In this document: positions 36,803 through 52,000 of the stretch, piece after piece | Layout of the letters: each line of letters begins with the position of its first letter | Position numbering within the stretch: position 1 is the stretch's first letter | Assembly (NCBI RefSeq): GCF_963921235.1 | Contig: NC_086108.1 | Coordinates: forward strand, 62,250,001-62,314,000 | Source of the DNA: Mobula hypostoma | Taxonomy: Eukaryota | Length of the DNA: 64,000 nt | Direction of reading: 5' to 3' | The notes under the pieces: generated by a model | Seen by the model: only the letters and a program-made list of their open reading frames with translations | Told to the model about the DNA's origin: nothing | The model's database searches: none | Translations under genes and position numbers: made by a program

Positions 36803-37244
36803 AAGAACCTGACTTTATAAACACACTTTTGAACGTTGCATATTCTAAATTGTCCTGTACACACTTTAGCTTTTGAATTTTGCCTTGGCACTTATGTTTT
36901 GTGGAAAAGTTTGTGAAGAAGTATACCTTTTAACCATGAGTTGATCAGGAAGTGGTCTGCACAGAACATTTCTGACAAAGGCCTTTCATACCTTTAGCCA
37001 AACTTTGCTTTTGTCAGAGCCTTTACTATATGTTAAGATCCTTTACTTTTACCTTTTTTGAAGGAAATGCAGTAGACTGAGACCATCATCTATGTTTTGG
37101 AATGTGCTTTTGCTGAAAAGACATGTAATGGCTTTTGTCAAGTTTGTCTTGTATAACTCTATAATACATGGTTGAGCTCCATGAGTTGTTCCTTGCAAAG
37201 CACATAGATAGACATTCTCTGCTGTAAGGTGATTAACCTGGTCA

Positions 37245-37770
37245 TAGAGTCATAAAAACATGAAAGCAGGCCCCTTGGCCCAAATATTCCATACTAACCA
37301 AAATGTCTGAATGAACTAGTCCCATTTACCTTTGTTTGGCAGATATGCCTCTAAAACTTTTCCATCTATGTACCTGTCCAAATGTCTCTTAAGGCCTTGA
37401 AAGAGTAGATGTGGAGAGGCTGTTTTCCAGTGGGGAAGTCTAGGAGCAGAGGATACAGCCTCAGAATAGAGGGCCTTATGGTCTCAAATATTACAATTGT
37501 ACCCGCCTTGTCAGAGGAAGCAGTAAGCTTCTTCCCACCATCTACTGTGCGGGGGATTGGGGGGGGGATTCCTCTTGGGTCTCTTAAATCTTTCCTCTTG
37601 TCTTAAATCTATTTCCTCTGATGTTAGATTCTACTTCCTTGGTGAAAAGACCATCCATTCACCTTATCTTAACCCCCCATGATTTTGTAAATCCCTATAA
37701 GGTCACCCCTTTATCTCAGGGAGATAAAGGCTCCAGTCTCTCCACATAACTGAAGTCCTCTAGTCCCACT
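37245..37770 (-). mobile_element. Mosaic of CR1 3' fragments (mostly minus, short plus piece at about 37395-37475)
   Basis: catagagtcataaaaacatgaaagcaggcccc...; gatgtggagaggctgttttccagtggggaagtctaggagcagaggatacagcctcagaatagaggg. Confidence 0.6.
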
Positions 37771-39829
37771 AACATCCACATAAAACATGCACTTTGATCT
37801 GTCTGAAGCTTGCTCCTCTGCCAGTCCATTTTGCTGTCCATGACCAAGAGATCTGGAAATATCTGCTGTGCAATGCACAAAAAGTGGTATGTTCAAAGTG
37901 GAAGCTTAATGGGGAAGGGCCATGGCTTAAAGTCTTCCTGCTATTACATGGTGAAAGAATGAATGTTGTGTGAACCTTGGATTTTCTGTTCATGAAATGT
38001 TATGTGAGAGAAACGTTTGATGCCATGCTGATAGCGTTGCACTTCCTTACAGCATTTGCATTTGTCCTGAAGGAGGGTTTGTGACACTTGGTGTTTTTTT
38101 TGCATATTTTATGAAGTGTACATTTGAAAATGCGTTTTCAGCAAGTTATTAAACTTGCTGTTGAGGAAAATATAAAAGATGTTATGATTTCTTCTTGGAA
38201 TAGTTTGGTATATCCAAATGATATATTAGACCATTGCAGTGGGCCATTAAGAGTCAACTGTGCATCATATTGCTGTGAATCTAAATATAACATATGCCAG
38301 ACTTGGTAAGAATAGCAGGTTTCTTTCCCTGAAGAACAATAGTAAAGCAAATGGGTTTCAGTGGATTCAGACACCATATAACGCTAGATTTTTAATTCTA
38401 GATTTATTTAATTAACAATTTAAATTCCCAGCTGCATGGTAGGATTTGAAGTAAATCTCTAACAAATTAATCCATAATTATTCCACTATCAGAGTTATCA
38501 AGTGCTCTTTATTTCCCTCCTTCAGCCAAGTTCCTTAAATTTGGAAGTTGTGAGATGATGCCTAAATATGCTCAGGTTTTTCTAAAAAATAGAATTGTCA
38601 TTTGGGAAAATAAAATCCCTTGGCACTAGCATTCCTTGTTGAATAGGGATACCAGATCAAAGTACTCCACTGGATAATTGCCAATTTGAGTATGATTTAC
38701 CACCAAACGGTCTGCTGTCCAAAACGGTGACAGGTACAGCTGTCCCTGCATAGACTATATGAATAGTTTGACAGCTAAGATCAGTTTGTTTGCATGTGGG
38801 AAAACAAATACTTCACGTTGTGTTGAATAATTATTTTTCAATACATGAACATCATGACTAACAAATCCATTGCTCAAAAGAGATTTGATTCCAAGTCTTT
38901 ACACCCCTTTAAAAAACAAAACAGAATATTGGCTAGTATCTCTTTCTAAACTGTTTCAATTACACTGCCTTAGTCGAGTTATTTTTTCATGATTTTTGAG
39001 CAATCTGCTCAGTTGGACATGGGAGAAAAGTTCAGTGACAAAGTAATATCTTAGTTGTGAGTTTAATTTCTCTCCTCACTAGTGGACCCATTCTCATTTC
39101 AGATAATAACATGATAATTATATACCAAAATTTCCATGATATCCATTGCCAAGTGCCTACGAGCTTGGCATATTTTCTACATGCCTGCATGTGTGCAATT
39201 GCAACAAAACAAAAATCAATGCAGTCTACTTACCTGGCACTCTTTGCTATTAGTTCTGCTGGTATACTGTGCGAGCATTATATTTCCAAGTCCCTTTGAC
39301 AGAACCTCCAACCACTTAATAGATCAAAGTCCAAATCTGCAGATGACCAATAAACCACAAATGTTGCACTCCATTCTAACATGTGTATTTATGTTCTTTT
39401 AATTTGTGTCTATGCTTTTTTGTTTAGCTGCTCGCTTGCATTGCTTTCAGGCCAGCCAGGAATGGCATTAAATCTTGCAACCGATACTTGTTTTGATTGA
39501 AGTTGGGCTGTGAGTGAAAAAGATAAGGTGCATAAAGAATTAATCATTCTTTCCTGGAAGAATATGATGCTTGGTGCCTTCACCTCACCCCATGAGGTCT
39601 CTTGCAGGAAGACTATGGTGAGAACTCAAAATAGAGTGCTGATTTTATAACTTCAGTAGACCAGCACAGGTCCACATTACTAAGTGGTTGGCTTTTCACA
39701 TAGTCTTTCACAGTGAAATGATAACAAGTCGATGACGGGAGGTGATGACACCATTGGTGAACTCATATTAGAAAGCAGAAGAATCTCTATTTGTTGTTTA
39801 TGCTGTACCTTAATGTTTTTGAACAATGC

Positions 39830-40190
39830 AATAGAGTTGTAGAGAAGTACAGCACAGAAACGGGCCCTTTGGGCCATCTAGTCCATGCCAAAAGCATTTA
39901 AACTGCCTGCTACCATCGACCTGCACTGCGACCATAGCCTTCCATACCCCTTCCATCCATGTACCTATCGGAATTTCTCTTAAATGTTGAAATCGAGCTC
40001 GCATGCACTACTTCTGTTGGCAGCTCATTCCACACTCTCATGACCCTCTGAGTGAAGAGGTTTCCCCTCATGTTCCCCTTAAACTTTTCACCTATCACCC
40101 TTAACCCATGACCTCTGTCGTCCCACCCAACCTCTGTGGAAAAAGCCTGCTTGCATTAACCCTATCTATACCCTCATAATTTTGTACATA
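39830..40190 (-). mobile_element. CR1 3' fragment
   Basis: GEKFKGNMRGNLFTQRVMRVWNELPTEVV...FKRNSDRYM. Confidence 0.85.
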
Positions 40191-42124
40191 GATCAAATGT
40201 TACCAAGACACTTAAGATTTCAGCTGTTATCATTTTGATAAATTAAAATATTAAAACTTTCAGAAAAAATAATCAGGTGATGTACATATATCATACACAC
40301 TCCTTATATTGTGCTGATTTGCAGTCTGTGCAGTTGTGAAATTGGTTATTTACTATTTGGTTGATTATTGGTATTGTCCCTCAGTGCAATTTGCCACAAC
40401 GTCAGTTGTAATTTCAGTGATGTCTGGGGTGAAAATTAGGGAGCATCTCAGAAAAATATGTTTAAAGCTTCCAGAGCTGTGACTTGGAACAGGAGGAAGC
40501 CACTCGTGCTAATGACTACCTTTATACAGGACAAGGCCATGGTGGTATTCTTGTGTTTTTATTATCCAGAGAAATTCCAGTCCCTGTCCTTTGTGGATAA
40601 TGAAGGTTCAATGTATTTTCCACAATATTTATATGCACATAATGCTGTTTAGTTAAATAATGTTGGACATTGCATATATGCTTTGTATATAGGATACAAG
40701 CTTTTATTAATCACAAAATCAGTTCATCTTTTACAAAGAACAATTTGCACCTCTGATCCACAAATGGTGTATCAGAGTATTAAATAACATGTTGGTACAA
40801 TGTTGATGAATTTGCAAATTGATTGTCTTGTGTTAGAAATTGAGAACCATCCAAAATGGAAGGATGATGACATTAGATAGAGACTGCTGGGAGTAAGTCT
40901 GTAAGTCGTAGGGGAATACAGGGGTGCAGTATGAGAGTTACAGAGGGGTTAAGAGTTTAACTACAGTATGCTGAATGGTCTGCATCCGCAACTAATGCCC
41001 ACCTAGATAGGGACCGCCATCTAAATGCAGAAGTTCCGAACTTGCTGTCCACTCTTCAACACTGGATTCCTTATGGAGTTCAATACCAGAGCATGAGCCT
41101 GTTGCATTTCTGCATTTATAATACCATGTCCCTGCTGGTCATCAGGAGTCCATTGACATAATCCCATTTACCAGCATTTGGTCCACAGTGGTTCTCTGGA
41201 TACTTCTTAAATGTTGTCAGAGTAACTGCCAATGTCAGTGCCTTAGGCAGTGTGTAAGATTCCACATTATCTACATATGTTGTTCATAATTTTCTAAAAG
41301 GCAGCCTTTCCCTGCCTCTCACTGCCAACACCCCTACCCTTCCACCCAAAGATAAGCATATTCATCCTATCCATTCTCTCCTCCTAACTGAAAAGTTAGT
41401 CTCAGCCAACATAAAGATGAATAACCTCCACATCATCTCCAGTGAAATCATGTCCATCCATAGTGTAGTGGCTACTAAGCTATGAAACTACTCAGTTTGT
41501 TGGAGACTGAAGAATTATAGTGTTAACTGACTTTTTAGAATATATTCAGTTTACTTAAATGCATTTCATTCAGCTTACCTAAATACTTTTAATTATTTTT
41601 GTGTTTTTGTATTGCACTGGTTATTTCAAATTTACAGTAATCTCGTTTTAAAATAGTTTCATTGTTTTTTAATTTGTGTCATTATACTATCAATTTTTTC
41701 TTCACCTTTTTGGTAAGCCTTTCTTGTTCTTACCCCACCTTTATTGAAATATTTGTGACCCAAATCTGAATAAAATGGCACAACAAAAGCATCCTACACT
41801 TTGCATTGTCCATTAATGTGAAGCTATGTTACACATTGAAGATATTTTAAATTATCCTTGAGAATCTTTTGATTTTATTGGTTTACTGCATGTTGGATCA
41901 GATTAGATAATGGGAAAGAACCTCTCATTTGGGGCAAGCTTCCAGAAGCAGCTGGGGATATCTGAGGTGTAGTCAATGAGAGGGCAAGATCACTATAGTG
42001 GCAGGATTGTCAGGTCTGGCTGCAGGTAGTAAACTGATTACAGCTGCTATGAAGAAATGGGTGTTTCTTTCAGTAAGACTGCAGTCATTGTTATTTCCAA
42101 TTACTTAAATAACATATTGACATA

Positions 42125-42612
42125 ATAACAAAGAAGGAATCACAGTAGCTCTATTTCATTAGGAGTTAGTGGAGACTTGGTATGTCACCAAAGGAACTTG
42201 CAAATTTCTGATGTACCGTGGAGAACATTTTACCTGGTTGCATCACCATCTAGCATGGAGGGGCCTCAGCCATCTCCGTCATGAGCACTAGCCCTCCCAG
42301 CAGCAAGGAAATCTTCAATAGGCGATGCTCATCATCCAGGGCATGTCCTCCTCTCATTGCTACCATTAAGGAGGAGTGATAGGAGCCTGAAGACACACAT
42401 TTAACACTTCAGTAACATCATCTTCTCTACTGCTGTCTAAATGAACAATGAACCCATGTACACTACCTCACTATTGTCTTTTTGCACAATTAATTTAATT
42501 AAATTTGTATATATTGTAATTTATAGTTTATTATTATGTATTGCAATGTACTACTACCTCAGATCAACATTTTTCATGACATATACCAATGATATTAAAC
42601 TTGATTCTGACT
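42125..42612 (+). mobile_element. Decayed Rex1/Babar 3' fragment
   Basis: Similar to the 3' half of 35775-36802; tail attaaacttgattctga. Confidence 0.7.
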
Positions 42613-43199
42613 TAACTGTTAGCTCTTGTAACTTATTTGTAAATTTGAGCTTAGTTTGTGCAAATATTACAATGTCTCTTAATTTTAATGTTCCTACTTG
42701 GACATTATATCTCAATAGGAAAAGAAAATATCCATTTTCATACCCACTGCCTCATTATCTGAGGTCTGACAGGGTGACAACAGTGCAAACAATTAGTTTC
42801 AGAACTATTTTATTTCTGAGCCTCTCATAGTTGGCTAGTAACTGAAAAGGACAGACTAAGCAATATTGCTTGGTCAAAATTATGCTTCAACTGAGATAAC
42901 ACTTTCAGTATACTCAAAGTTGTACATGAAGAATTATCATCTGGTTTAGGTACTATAAAATAATTGGCAGAAAGACTATACCACTATACTAACTACCCAC
43001 CTATCAGGCACCTCCTGTCCCTTTTGTGCAAGAGTCTGTGGTTCCCACATTGGCCTCCTCAGTCACTTTATAACCCACAAAACCCAAGGGAAGCAAGTCA
43101 ACCACAGTCCTGAGGTACTGCCGAAGAAGTATAGAGCAATGACTGTCTATCTGTTAAGTCTCGCTACAACATTGCATTCAGGAACAAAGCCAGGAATAT

Positions 43200-44150
43200 A
43201 AGTATCGTTCTAAAGATTGAAACATATTCACCTGAGGTTGGCTATTCAATGAGGTCCAATCAACTTTGCAAACTTCTCACAAATATCTGGGTATAGGTGT
43301 CTAATTTGAAGACCCATCCCATGGGCTATTCAAGCAGTTGCTGCACATTCTTGTCATCACAGAATCACCTTGCAGACAACATATTACATGCTTCATTGCA
43401 GTCTCTGGGGATATTCTGTCTTGTCAGTGGGACAGATCCACAAGAGAACTAGCACAGTTGTATATCTGCAGGAGGAAGTTGCTCTGGGTCTTTAGCAAGA
43501 CTTGATCAAACACAAAGAAGGGATCACTTGATTACCAATTGCTATTGTCTGTCAGCTGCTGTTACAACGATCGTCCATGTTGAATAACAATTGGAAGAAA
43601 TGCAAATCAGCAAGGGCATAGAGTGTATGTGGGGTGAGGGATTTCACTGTCTATCACGAAAGTTGCTTGGTAGCAGTGGTATAAGTTGAGTTGTTTGAGT
43701 TTCGAAGAGCAGATTGTTTCCTTTACTGCCGAACCTGAGGAATAAATCTTATAGACTGCTACCTATGGAAGGTGTATCTGCCCACAATAGGATTAATAAA
43801 AGTAACTGTAGCACAGTCTTTATAGAGATCAAAATCCTGTCTTCATAGTAAGAGCATTCAAGTGAATTATGTGGCATCACAACTGTATTGAAAGGAATAG
43901 ACTAAGAACAGATCTGGAAAAATTGGACATCCATGAGTGACTTTAAACCACCAGTAGAAACACATACCATGACCATAACCCTCAGTCTGTCACTATCAAG
44001 CTAGGGGATTGACAGATTCAGTGAGTGCCGAGGGCATGCTTGGAGCTTACCTACCCAAAGAAATAAGGAGCTATCCTGATGAAGATGCTACAAATGGATC
44101 AGATCAAAGCTCTGCATCATCGAGGCATAAATGTTGCTGAGTAATTAAAC
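43200..44150 (+). mobile_element. Ancient LINE (CR1/L2 group) endonuclease-region remnant
   Basis: LITNCYCLSAAVTTIVHVE*QLEE followed by a GDF..YH-like segment; resembles AP-endonuclease YRPP...GDFN motifs; heavily disrupted. Confidence 0.45.
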
Positions 44151-46344
44151 AACAAACAGGAGGAAATTGCCCCAAGAGCAAACAAATAAATAAATTATAT
44201 ACATACATACACAGCATGCAATTGGTATATAATATTTGTAATCTTAATATTTTGTCTTAGTCTTTATACCTCCATGGAAGACCAAAATATTTAAGTTTAA
44301 ATCATCTACTGATCTCAAGCACGGTGGCGGAGAAGCTAGCAATGGACCTTCATTTTCCCTTCAGACCATCAGCTAGCCTTTGATGGCTTGCCAGTGGCAC
44401 CAGAAAGCAAAAGTGCATAAATATTGATTAAAGCAGAATTGGATTCAGCTGACTGTAGTTGAACTTTAGAACAGCGCTTTGTTTACTAAAATCTCAGTAG
44501 TTACAAAATAAATGACTGATGCAAACCAGCTTGAAATTTTGCACAAGTCACTAATCAAAAGATCTGTTCCTAAAACAAAGTAGAACTTTATTGAATGAAA
44601 TCCCACAAAATATCATTTTTGGGTCATAGCTTAAATCCTTGGAGAGTGTATTCATAGAATCATGTAAAGTCATGGCATAGATAGAGGTTAGTCAGTCATT
44701 CTGCCCATCTTGGAGAAAAGTGTATTAAGATTATTTACATTTCCCAGCTCTCAGTTCATTGCCTGATAGCTTATAGTTCTTTTGCTTCTCATTTAGCTAT
44801 ATTTTAAATGCAATTAAGGGTTCTGATTTCACTACCTTATCAGGCAGTGAATTCTAGTTCTCTTTACTCTTTGGCTGGTAAAAAGGAACATTCTCATCTC
44901 TTCACAATCCTTGTATAAGAGTAAGATTGCACAAGTCTGCAGTGATTTATGATTAAGCAGCCAAGTAGAATCATGAGAACAACAAGGTCTGGACTTGCAT
45001 TTGCTTTGGCTTTTAAAGAAAAAATATTCTCCAAGAATCAAAATAATTTGAGATCAGTTTTACTTAGAGATATTCTGCTTGAAACTGCAGCTTAACATTC
45101 TGATTCTTTGTAAATAAAAGACGAGATATAATCAGATAAAGGACAGAATTCAGAGATAAATAGTGAATATATGTTTTTCAAACTGATGAACAATAGACCC
45201 TGTTTTATTTTCTCCTGGGGTCATTTCTAAATCAAGGGAATTTTAGTGTCTATAGTGTTAAAATCTAGATATGCTGGTTATTTGAACCTTGGATAATATA
45301 CTGTGAAGAGAATAATAACAGGCTTCAGATGGACGCAAAAAAATTGCAGAAATGAGCAAGCACGAGAGAAAATATATTGAAGAGAACTATGAGGTAACTT
45401 GTTGGGAGGAAAATTAGGTTGAAAAATGTCTAAATAGTACAATTTTCAGAGATGATCGTATGCAAATCTATGAAAATCACAAGCTTAGTTAAAAAGGCTG
45501 TTGAAATTCATATTGGATCTTTTGTTTTATAAGTAGAGGCACAGAATGTAAAAGGAAGGAATACATACCAAATATTTATGAAAAGTAAACTGGTTGTAAC
45601 TTTCTGAGAGAAGTGTGCTCAATTCTGAGTCACAACATTTGGTGTGTGAAAAGGAGCCTTGAACTAGGGCCCTCGACTATGGAAGGGATACTGGGACTGG
45701 GGTCATGGTGCTGGTGTGTAAAAGAGAACTATGGCCCTAGTGTGTGGAAGAGAAACACAAAAATCAGTAACCAGCGAGAAGATGTTAAACCATAGATAGG
45801 TTTTAAATAGGCTAAATAATTGAAAGATGAATTTTCTGTATTTTGCTGTATAATTTGTCTTGGAATTCACCAATGACAAGTACATACATGATGTTCTCAG
45901 GCTTTTTAGATGCAAGAATACATGTGGATAATAATTTCCCTGACAACACCTGAGAATAATTGAAATGCATCCAAAAAAAGTACATTTTTCAGAATTACCT
46001 AATATTTACACAATTCTTCAGGTTATACAAGAAGATCTGATTCAGAATGAGAATCAGGTTTAATATCACTGGCATATGTTATGATATTTGTTAATGTTAT
46101 GGCAGTAGTACATTGAAATACATGATAAGTATATATTTAGAGGAAGAAAAAAACTGAATTACAGTAAATGTATGTATATGCAAAGTTAGCGTTGAACTCC
46201 TCCTTGCTGCATTGAATTCAGGCCTGCTGGTTGACTTCAAAGTGTACCAAATTTCCTACTGACTGTCCCGTCGAAATTTTCCTCTGGGTCTTCAGTAGAT
46301 GAATTAATTTACTGTGCTGCTACACTGGCACCTGTGTTATTGTT

Positions 46345-46770
46345 GCTCTGTCCAGCATCTCAGCACCATTGAGCACATCCATGAGGAGCATTTCCACAAG
46401 AAAGCAGCATCCATCATCAAGGACCCCCACCATCTAGGCCATACTCTCTTCTCGCTGCTGCCATCAGGGAGGAGGACTGGAAGCCTTAGCTCCCACACCA
46501 CCAGATTCGGAAAGATTTATTACCATTCAACCATCAGGCTCCTCAACCAGCATAGATAAGTTTATTCACTTCAATACTGAACTAATTCCACAATTTATGG
46601 ATTCACTTTCAAGGACTCTACAAGCTATGTTCTCAGCATTATCTATCTATTGTATTTGCAGTTTGTTTTCTTTTGTTCAGCTGTTTGTCAATCTTTGTGT
46701 GTGGATTTTCATTGATTCTATTGTATTATTTGTTCTACAGTGAATGGCTTCAAGAAAAAGAATCTCAGGC
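46345..46770 (+). mobile_element. Rex1/Babar 3' fragment
   Basis: KKAASIIKDPHHLGHTLFSLLPSGRR followed by the shared 3' UTR. Confidence 0.8.
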
Positions 46771-47084
46771 GAGATTCTAATCAATTTACACTGATCTTTG
46801 AAATCCCACTGATCCACTTTCCTATTAGCTACATGCAGGACCAATTATCTGAGCTGGTGGCAGTGAGTGTATACTGAGTCATGTTGCATCACTATTTTCT
46901 TTCAGTTCCACCTCTTCAGATTGCAGTTCTTGGGAAACAGAAATGAAAAAGAGATGAGAGTAAAGATCTGACAAGCAAGGAGCAAATCTGCAATATATGT
47001 AAGCATATGGAAAATGGAGTTAGAGGAGGGGAAATAGATACAAGGCTACCAATATCTTTGGTAGATTTGGCCTACTCAACAGTT

Positions 47085-48166
47085 CAATAGGTAAGATTCT
47101 AGCATGGATAAAGCAGTGGCTGACTGGCAGGAGAATTCAGAGTGGGAAATAAAGGCACCCTTTTCTGGTTGGCTGCCGATGACTAGTGGTGTTCCACATG
47201 GGTCTGTGTTGGAACTGATTCTTCTTACGTTATGTTTTAATGATTTGGAATTGATGACTTTGTTGTGAAGTTTGCAGACGATACAAAGATAGGTGGAGGG
47301 GCAGGCAGGAAGTAGAGAGGCTACAGAAGGACTTAGACAGATTAGGAGAATGGGTAAAGAACTGGCAGATGGAATACAGTGTCGGAAGTGTATGGCCTGC
47401 ACTTAAGAACTGAAAGTCTTGATTATTTTCTAAGTGGAGAGAAAATACAAAAACTGAGGCACAAGGAGATTTGGGAGTGCCTGTGCAGGATTCCCCAAAG
47501 GTTAATTTGCAGGTTGAGTCTGTGGTGAGGTAGGAAAACGCAATGTTAGCATTTTTTTCGAGAGAACTAGAATATAAAAGTAAGGACGTATTGTTGAGAC
47601 TTTATAAAGTACTAGTGAAGTGTCACTTGGAGTATTGTGAGAAGTTTAGGGCCCCTTATCTTCAAAAGGATGTACTGAAACTGGAGAGGATTCAAAGGAG
47701 GTTTACAAAAATAATTCCAGGTTTGAATGGCTTGTCATATGAAGAGCGCTTGATGACTCTGGGTCTGTATTCATTAGAATTCAGAAGAATGATGGGTGAC
47801 CTCATTGAAACCTATCAAATGGTGAAAGGCCTTGACAGAGTTAATGTGGACAAAATGTTTTCAATGATGGGAGAGTCTAAGACCAGAAGACACAACCTTG
47901 GAATAGAGGGGTGTCCTTTTAGAATGGAGATGATGAGGAATTTATTTAGCTAGAGAGTAGTGAATCTGTGGAATTCTTTGCCACAGACCAAGTCTGCATG
48001 AATATTTAAGGCAAAGGCTGATAGATTCTTGATTGGTCTGGGCATGAAGGGATACAGGGAGGGCAGGAGATTGGGGTTGAGAGGAAAAATGGATCAGCCA
48101 GATGAAATGGTGGAGCAGACTCAATGGGCCAAATAGCTTAATTCTGTTCCTGTCTTATGGTCTTAG
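47085..48166 (+). mobile_element. CR1 LINE 3' fragment (RT domain to 3' end)
   Basis: TSGVPHGSVL, KFADDTK, EYKSKDVLLRLYKVLV..HLEYC...LERIQRRFTKIIPGLNGLSYEERL; tail tcttatggtctta. Confidence 0.9.
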
Positions 48167-48167
48167 T

Positions 48168-49040
48168 ATCAGAGAATGTAAACAATACATAACCTGAAAT
48201 TCTTGTTTTCACAGATATCCCCAAAAACAGAAGTTCCCCAAAGAATGGGTGACAGAAAAAAACGTTAGGACCCCAAAGCTCCCCCACTTCAGCAAAAATC
48301 ATCAGCATTGTCCACCCACCAAGCAAGCAATAGCAAAGTCCCTGAGAAAGACCATGATCTGCAGTACAACAAAAACTAGTTGTTCACCCAACAATTTGAC
48401 ATACCGCAGGCCCTAATAAAGGGGCGGAGAGGTGTCACACAGTGAGAGGAGAGACATAAACAAAATAACTCGCTGATTTACAGTGTTAAGGTCGGTTGTG
48501 TCGCTTTTTCCAAGTTCTCTGACTGCAGAGCAAACTCTCCCCACCAATGAAAGAAAGGGGGGAGGGAGAGAGAGAGAGAGAGAGAGAGAGTACAAACTCT
48601 CCTCACCAATGAGGGAAAGAGAGAGAGAGAGAACAAACCCTCTCCACCAATGAAAGAAAGAGAGAGAGAGAGAGATGGATGATCTGAGTACAAAGCCCCT
48701 GACAGATGATCCACTGTTCCCGATGTTCCGTCTTCTCTCGTGAAGTTTCAGTCAGCAGCATTGGTACAGACTCAGCTCATCCCCAGGATCACAGGCCTCA
48801 GAACCCCAAAGGCGAGCTCATCTTCTAGGCTGCGCCCTTAGGATATCAAAAAACAGACTGCCGGTGAGCCCCTGGGAGTGGGAACTATTGTCATAAAGAA
48901 TGAAAGTTTGAGAGCAGCTGTAGGTCAGGGTCTTTGCCAGAACCCTATCCACCTTAAAAAGAAAAAAAGAGTGACATTAAAGGTAGAAATAAGCTGTTTC
49001 TGCAGATGAGCTCGAAGAAGTCACTGTCTAGTGCCATCTT
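48168..49040 (-). mobile_element. Unclassified interspersed repeat with (AG)n tracts, possibly a non-autonomous LINE derivative
   Basis: Rex-like tail at about 48170-48250, AAGATGGCAC at the putative 5' end (about 49040), three GA-microsatellite-containing units at 48530-48675. Confidence 0.4.
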
Positions 49041-52000
49041 AGCTCCTGGCCACAACCTCAGCCAAGTCCAATATAAGAATAATCACACTGTCTCTCACAT
49101 CGGGGTTAGGACATGAAGGATCACAGATTCCAGTATCTACCGAATTCCTGGTGTTCCCCTTTGTATTGGATTGTGTATCTATTGTCAAACTAGTGAGAGT
49201 GAGTGTTTTATTAAGTGTTATGCAGTCTTTCTTGGTATAGTGGTTATCATGGTTGAGTAGTCAGTCATATGTGTAAGTTGTGAGAAGTGAGTTAGAGACT
49301 TGCAACAGTGTGAATATTTGGCATAGGATATAGACTTTAGGTACAAGTCTTGATTGGCAGAGCCTAATAGTTGATGAAAAATGGAGATTTTGGGAAGTTT
49401 GCAATGTTTTGAGACTAGGTATAGTCAAAATGTGAGGTCTGAAAATGCAGCAATTGTTTTTGGTCATTGAAGTGTGTAAAAGTGTTTGAGGCCTGATTTC
49501 TGGCATTGACCTCCTTTATTATCTGCATCCACTGCTTGCTGAGTGTGGTCTAGAGTGGCTCCTGGCCTCCTGCAAATCCTGATCATTGACTTTCTACCTT
49601 CTTCACTTTGTCACATGTAACGTACATCAAAACATGCAATGAAATGTATTGTCTTGCATCAAATCAAAATTATTTAAACAACCAAGCAGCTTGTTCCATT
49701 TAACCTCTTTAAGGCTTTAAGAAAGCTGCTAGACAGTATGACTTTTGAGGTTTATTTGTTTCGATGGTAATAACAAATGGTGGTTTGATATCATTTAGAT
49801 TAAACGATAATGGTTTCTACATTATTAGAAACATATGAGGTAGGTGTTGTGCAGAGGCAGTATTGATCAGAAATAATAATGAACTGATTTCAGGCTAAAG
49901 CTGTTCAAAGGTGTATCATGTCATCAACTACTCTCATCAATATTTAATTTGAACAGTTTCAGAGTATGTATGGCTCTGAAGAAAGCTCCAGTAATACAGT
50001 ACATAATTTTCCTTTTATTGAACTTAGTATCATTGTTATTTGAATTTACTTACATTTTTACACCATTCATTCAATGGCCATTCAGCTCATTGAGTCCCTG
50101 CTGCTTCTCAACAGAAAGGTCCGATCAGTTTTATTCCACTTTTATCGTCCTCCCTGTGAGCCTGCAGTTTATTCTTTCTCACATACTGATCAACTCCCCT
50201 TTGATTCATGTGCTACTTATTTACAACATGATTATTTACACTAGACATTTAGCAGTTTGCTTTTGGATCTGGGAGGAAACCAAAACAGCTCAATTCCTTG
50301 GATCATTCTTTTCTGAAAATTCATTTTACATTTTAGCTGTCGGAAAGATCTGCGCTGTTCTGTGCGTGTGTTTGTGTGCGTGTGTGTGTTCAGTTGTGGC
50401 TTTCGTGGTTTTGTGTTAATTATCATTAGCTCTTTTAGTTCAATTATTCAGCGCTAGGCATTGTGCAGAATCTAGAAGTGAAGATTTTGGTTTCAATTTG
50501 TAATCAGGGCAGGGCTAAAAGGTTTCAGTCAGGATGCTTGCAAGTTTGCTGCAAAGGAGACATGATAGGAATAGATCATTTAGCTGTCTGAGCTTGTAGA
50601 TTTTGATTACGTGATACCAGCTTGTTACCCATTACTTCCAGTACCATTGTTTGTCAAAATTGTATGTCTTAAATTTGAAATGAATGTCTACTATTAGATA
50701 CTACTCAAAGAGATCTCTAAACTGTAAACATCTCCAGTAAATAGTTTCTCATTTTTACTCCTAAAAAATTTCAGTCAATTGTTTTGTTTATATCCTCTGG
50801 CTCACAACTCCCTAACCAGTGAAAATAGTTTTTAAATCCTGCTTATCAGTTCCCCTTATGACACTGAAAACCGGCTAATTGTGTGTATAGGTTGGTACAG
50901 ATTCACACATATCCTGATTCACTTCAATGTGGAATAATTTCCCTTCATATCCAAGGAGCATTGAACAAAATATGGAGCCAGTAAAGAACTCAGTGTGAAT
51001 GTGAAATAAAAGGCCTCAAATATTGAAGTAATTCACTGATGCAAGGCAAAGATTTGAAGGCTCATAAGATGCCAGTCATTGCCTGAGAAAAGCTGCATGC
51101 CCAAGCATCTTAGTTATCTCATCAAATAACCTATGCTTCATTGTAAAGTAAGGAGAGTGTTAATTTGTTGACAATTATCTATAGTCTTCATCTGCATTCA
51201 CATCCTTATTGATATGAAGCAGCCCATACTGGTTTTAAGCAAAACCAGAACAGCTTCCTGCTTATACTGAAATAGCAGATAATATTTATGCTACATAAAT
51301 ACCAGGTCCAAACGGATTCATTTCTCAATGTTTCAAATTCTTTGTATGAACTACCACAGTCAAGTTAAACATTCCTTGCTTGGATGAGTGCAATTACAAC
51401 AATACTTAGGAAACTCAGCATAATTAAGGCAACATAATTAAAGGTAATTGCATTATTTTTAATCTACAGGATGCATTGTAGCAATCAAGTAGCATAACTG
51501 TACAACATCCCAGCTCCACTCCAATATCCTCTAATCCAGCAGCATCCTGGTAAACTTCCTTGCTCCCGCCACTGCCTCTCCCATGGAGAACGATGAGAGG
51601 AGTAAGCTGATAGGGAAAGCATACTGATCTGTTTCTGTGTTTGAACACCTTCACCATCCCTGGGTCAGACTTTGTAATTTCCCTACCTTCCATCAATGTG
51701 AGAGTGTTACTTGCCACAGTTCAGAGAGAAAGTCCAATGACATCTTGGGTTGGTAGGGAATGGTCACTCGGTGTGATGTCTTCATTAGCTGAATCATAAT
51801 TAAAGAGGTATTCAAACTTTATTGTCAACTTGATTTTTATTTCCTTTAAAAAAAAAGACTCAGTTTACTGAATTCAGCTCTTGTTTTTATTCTATGTTGC
51901 TAGGCTTACATTATCCCCCATGATAAAGGGTTGGGGCAGCAGCAATAGCAGATTTTTCTTATTATAATTTAGACTGGATGCCAAGGTCAAATACAGCGAT

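Noticed and set aside
47543..47953. 136-aa ORF as a host gene
   Set aside because: It is a CR1 ORF2 C-terminal fragment within a frameshifted, 5'-truncated LINE.
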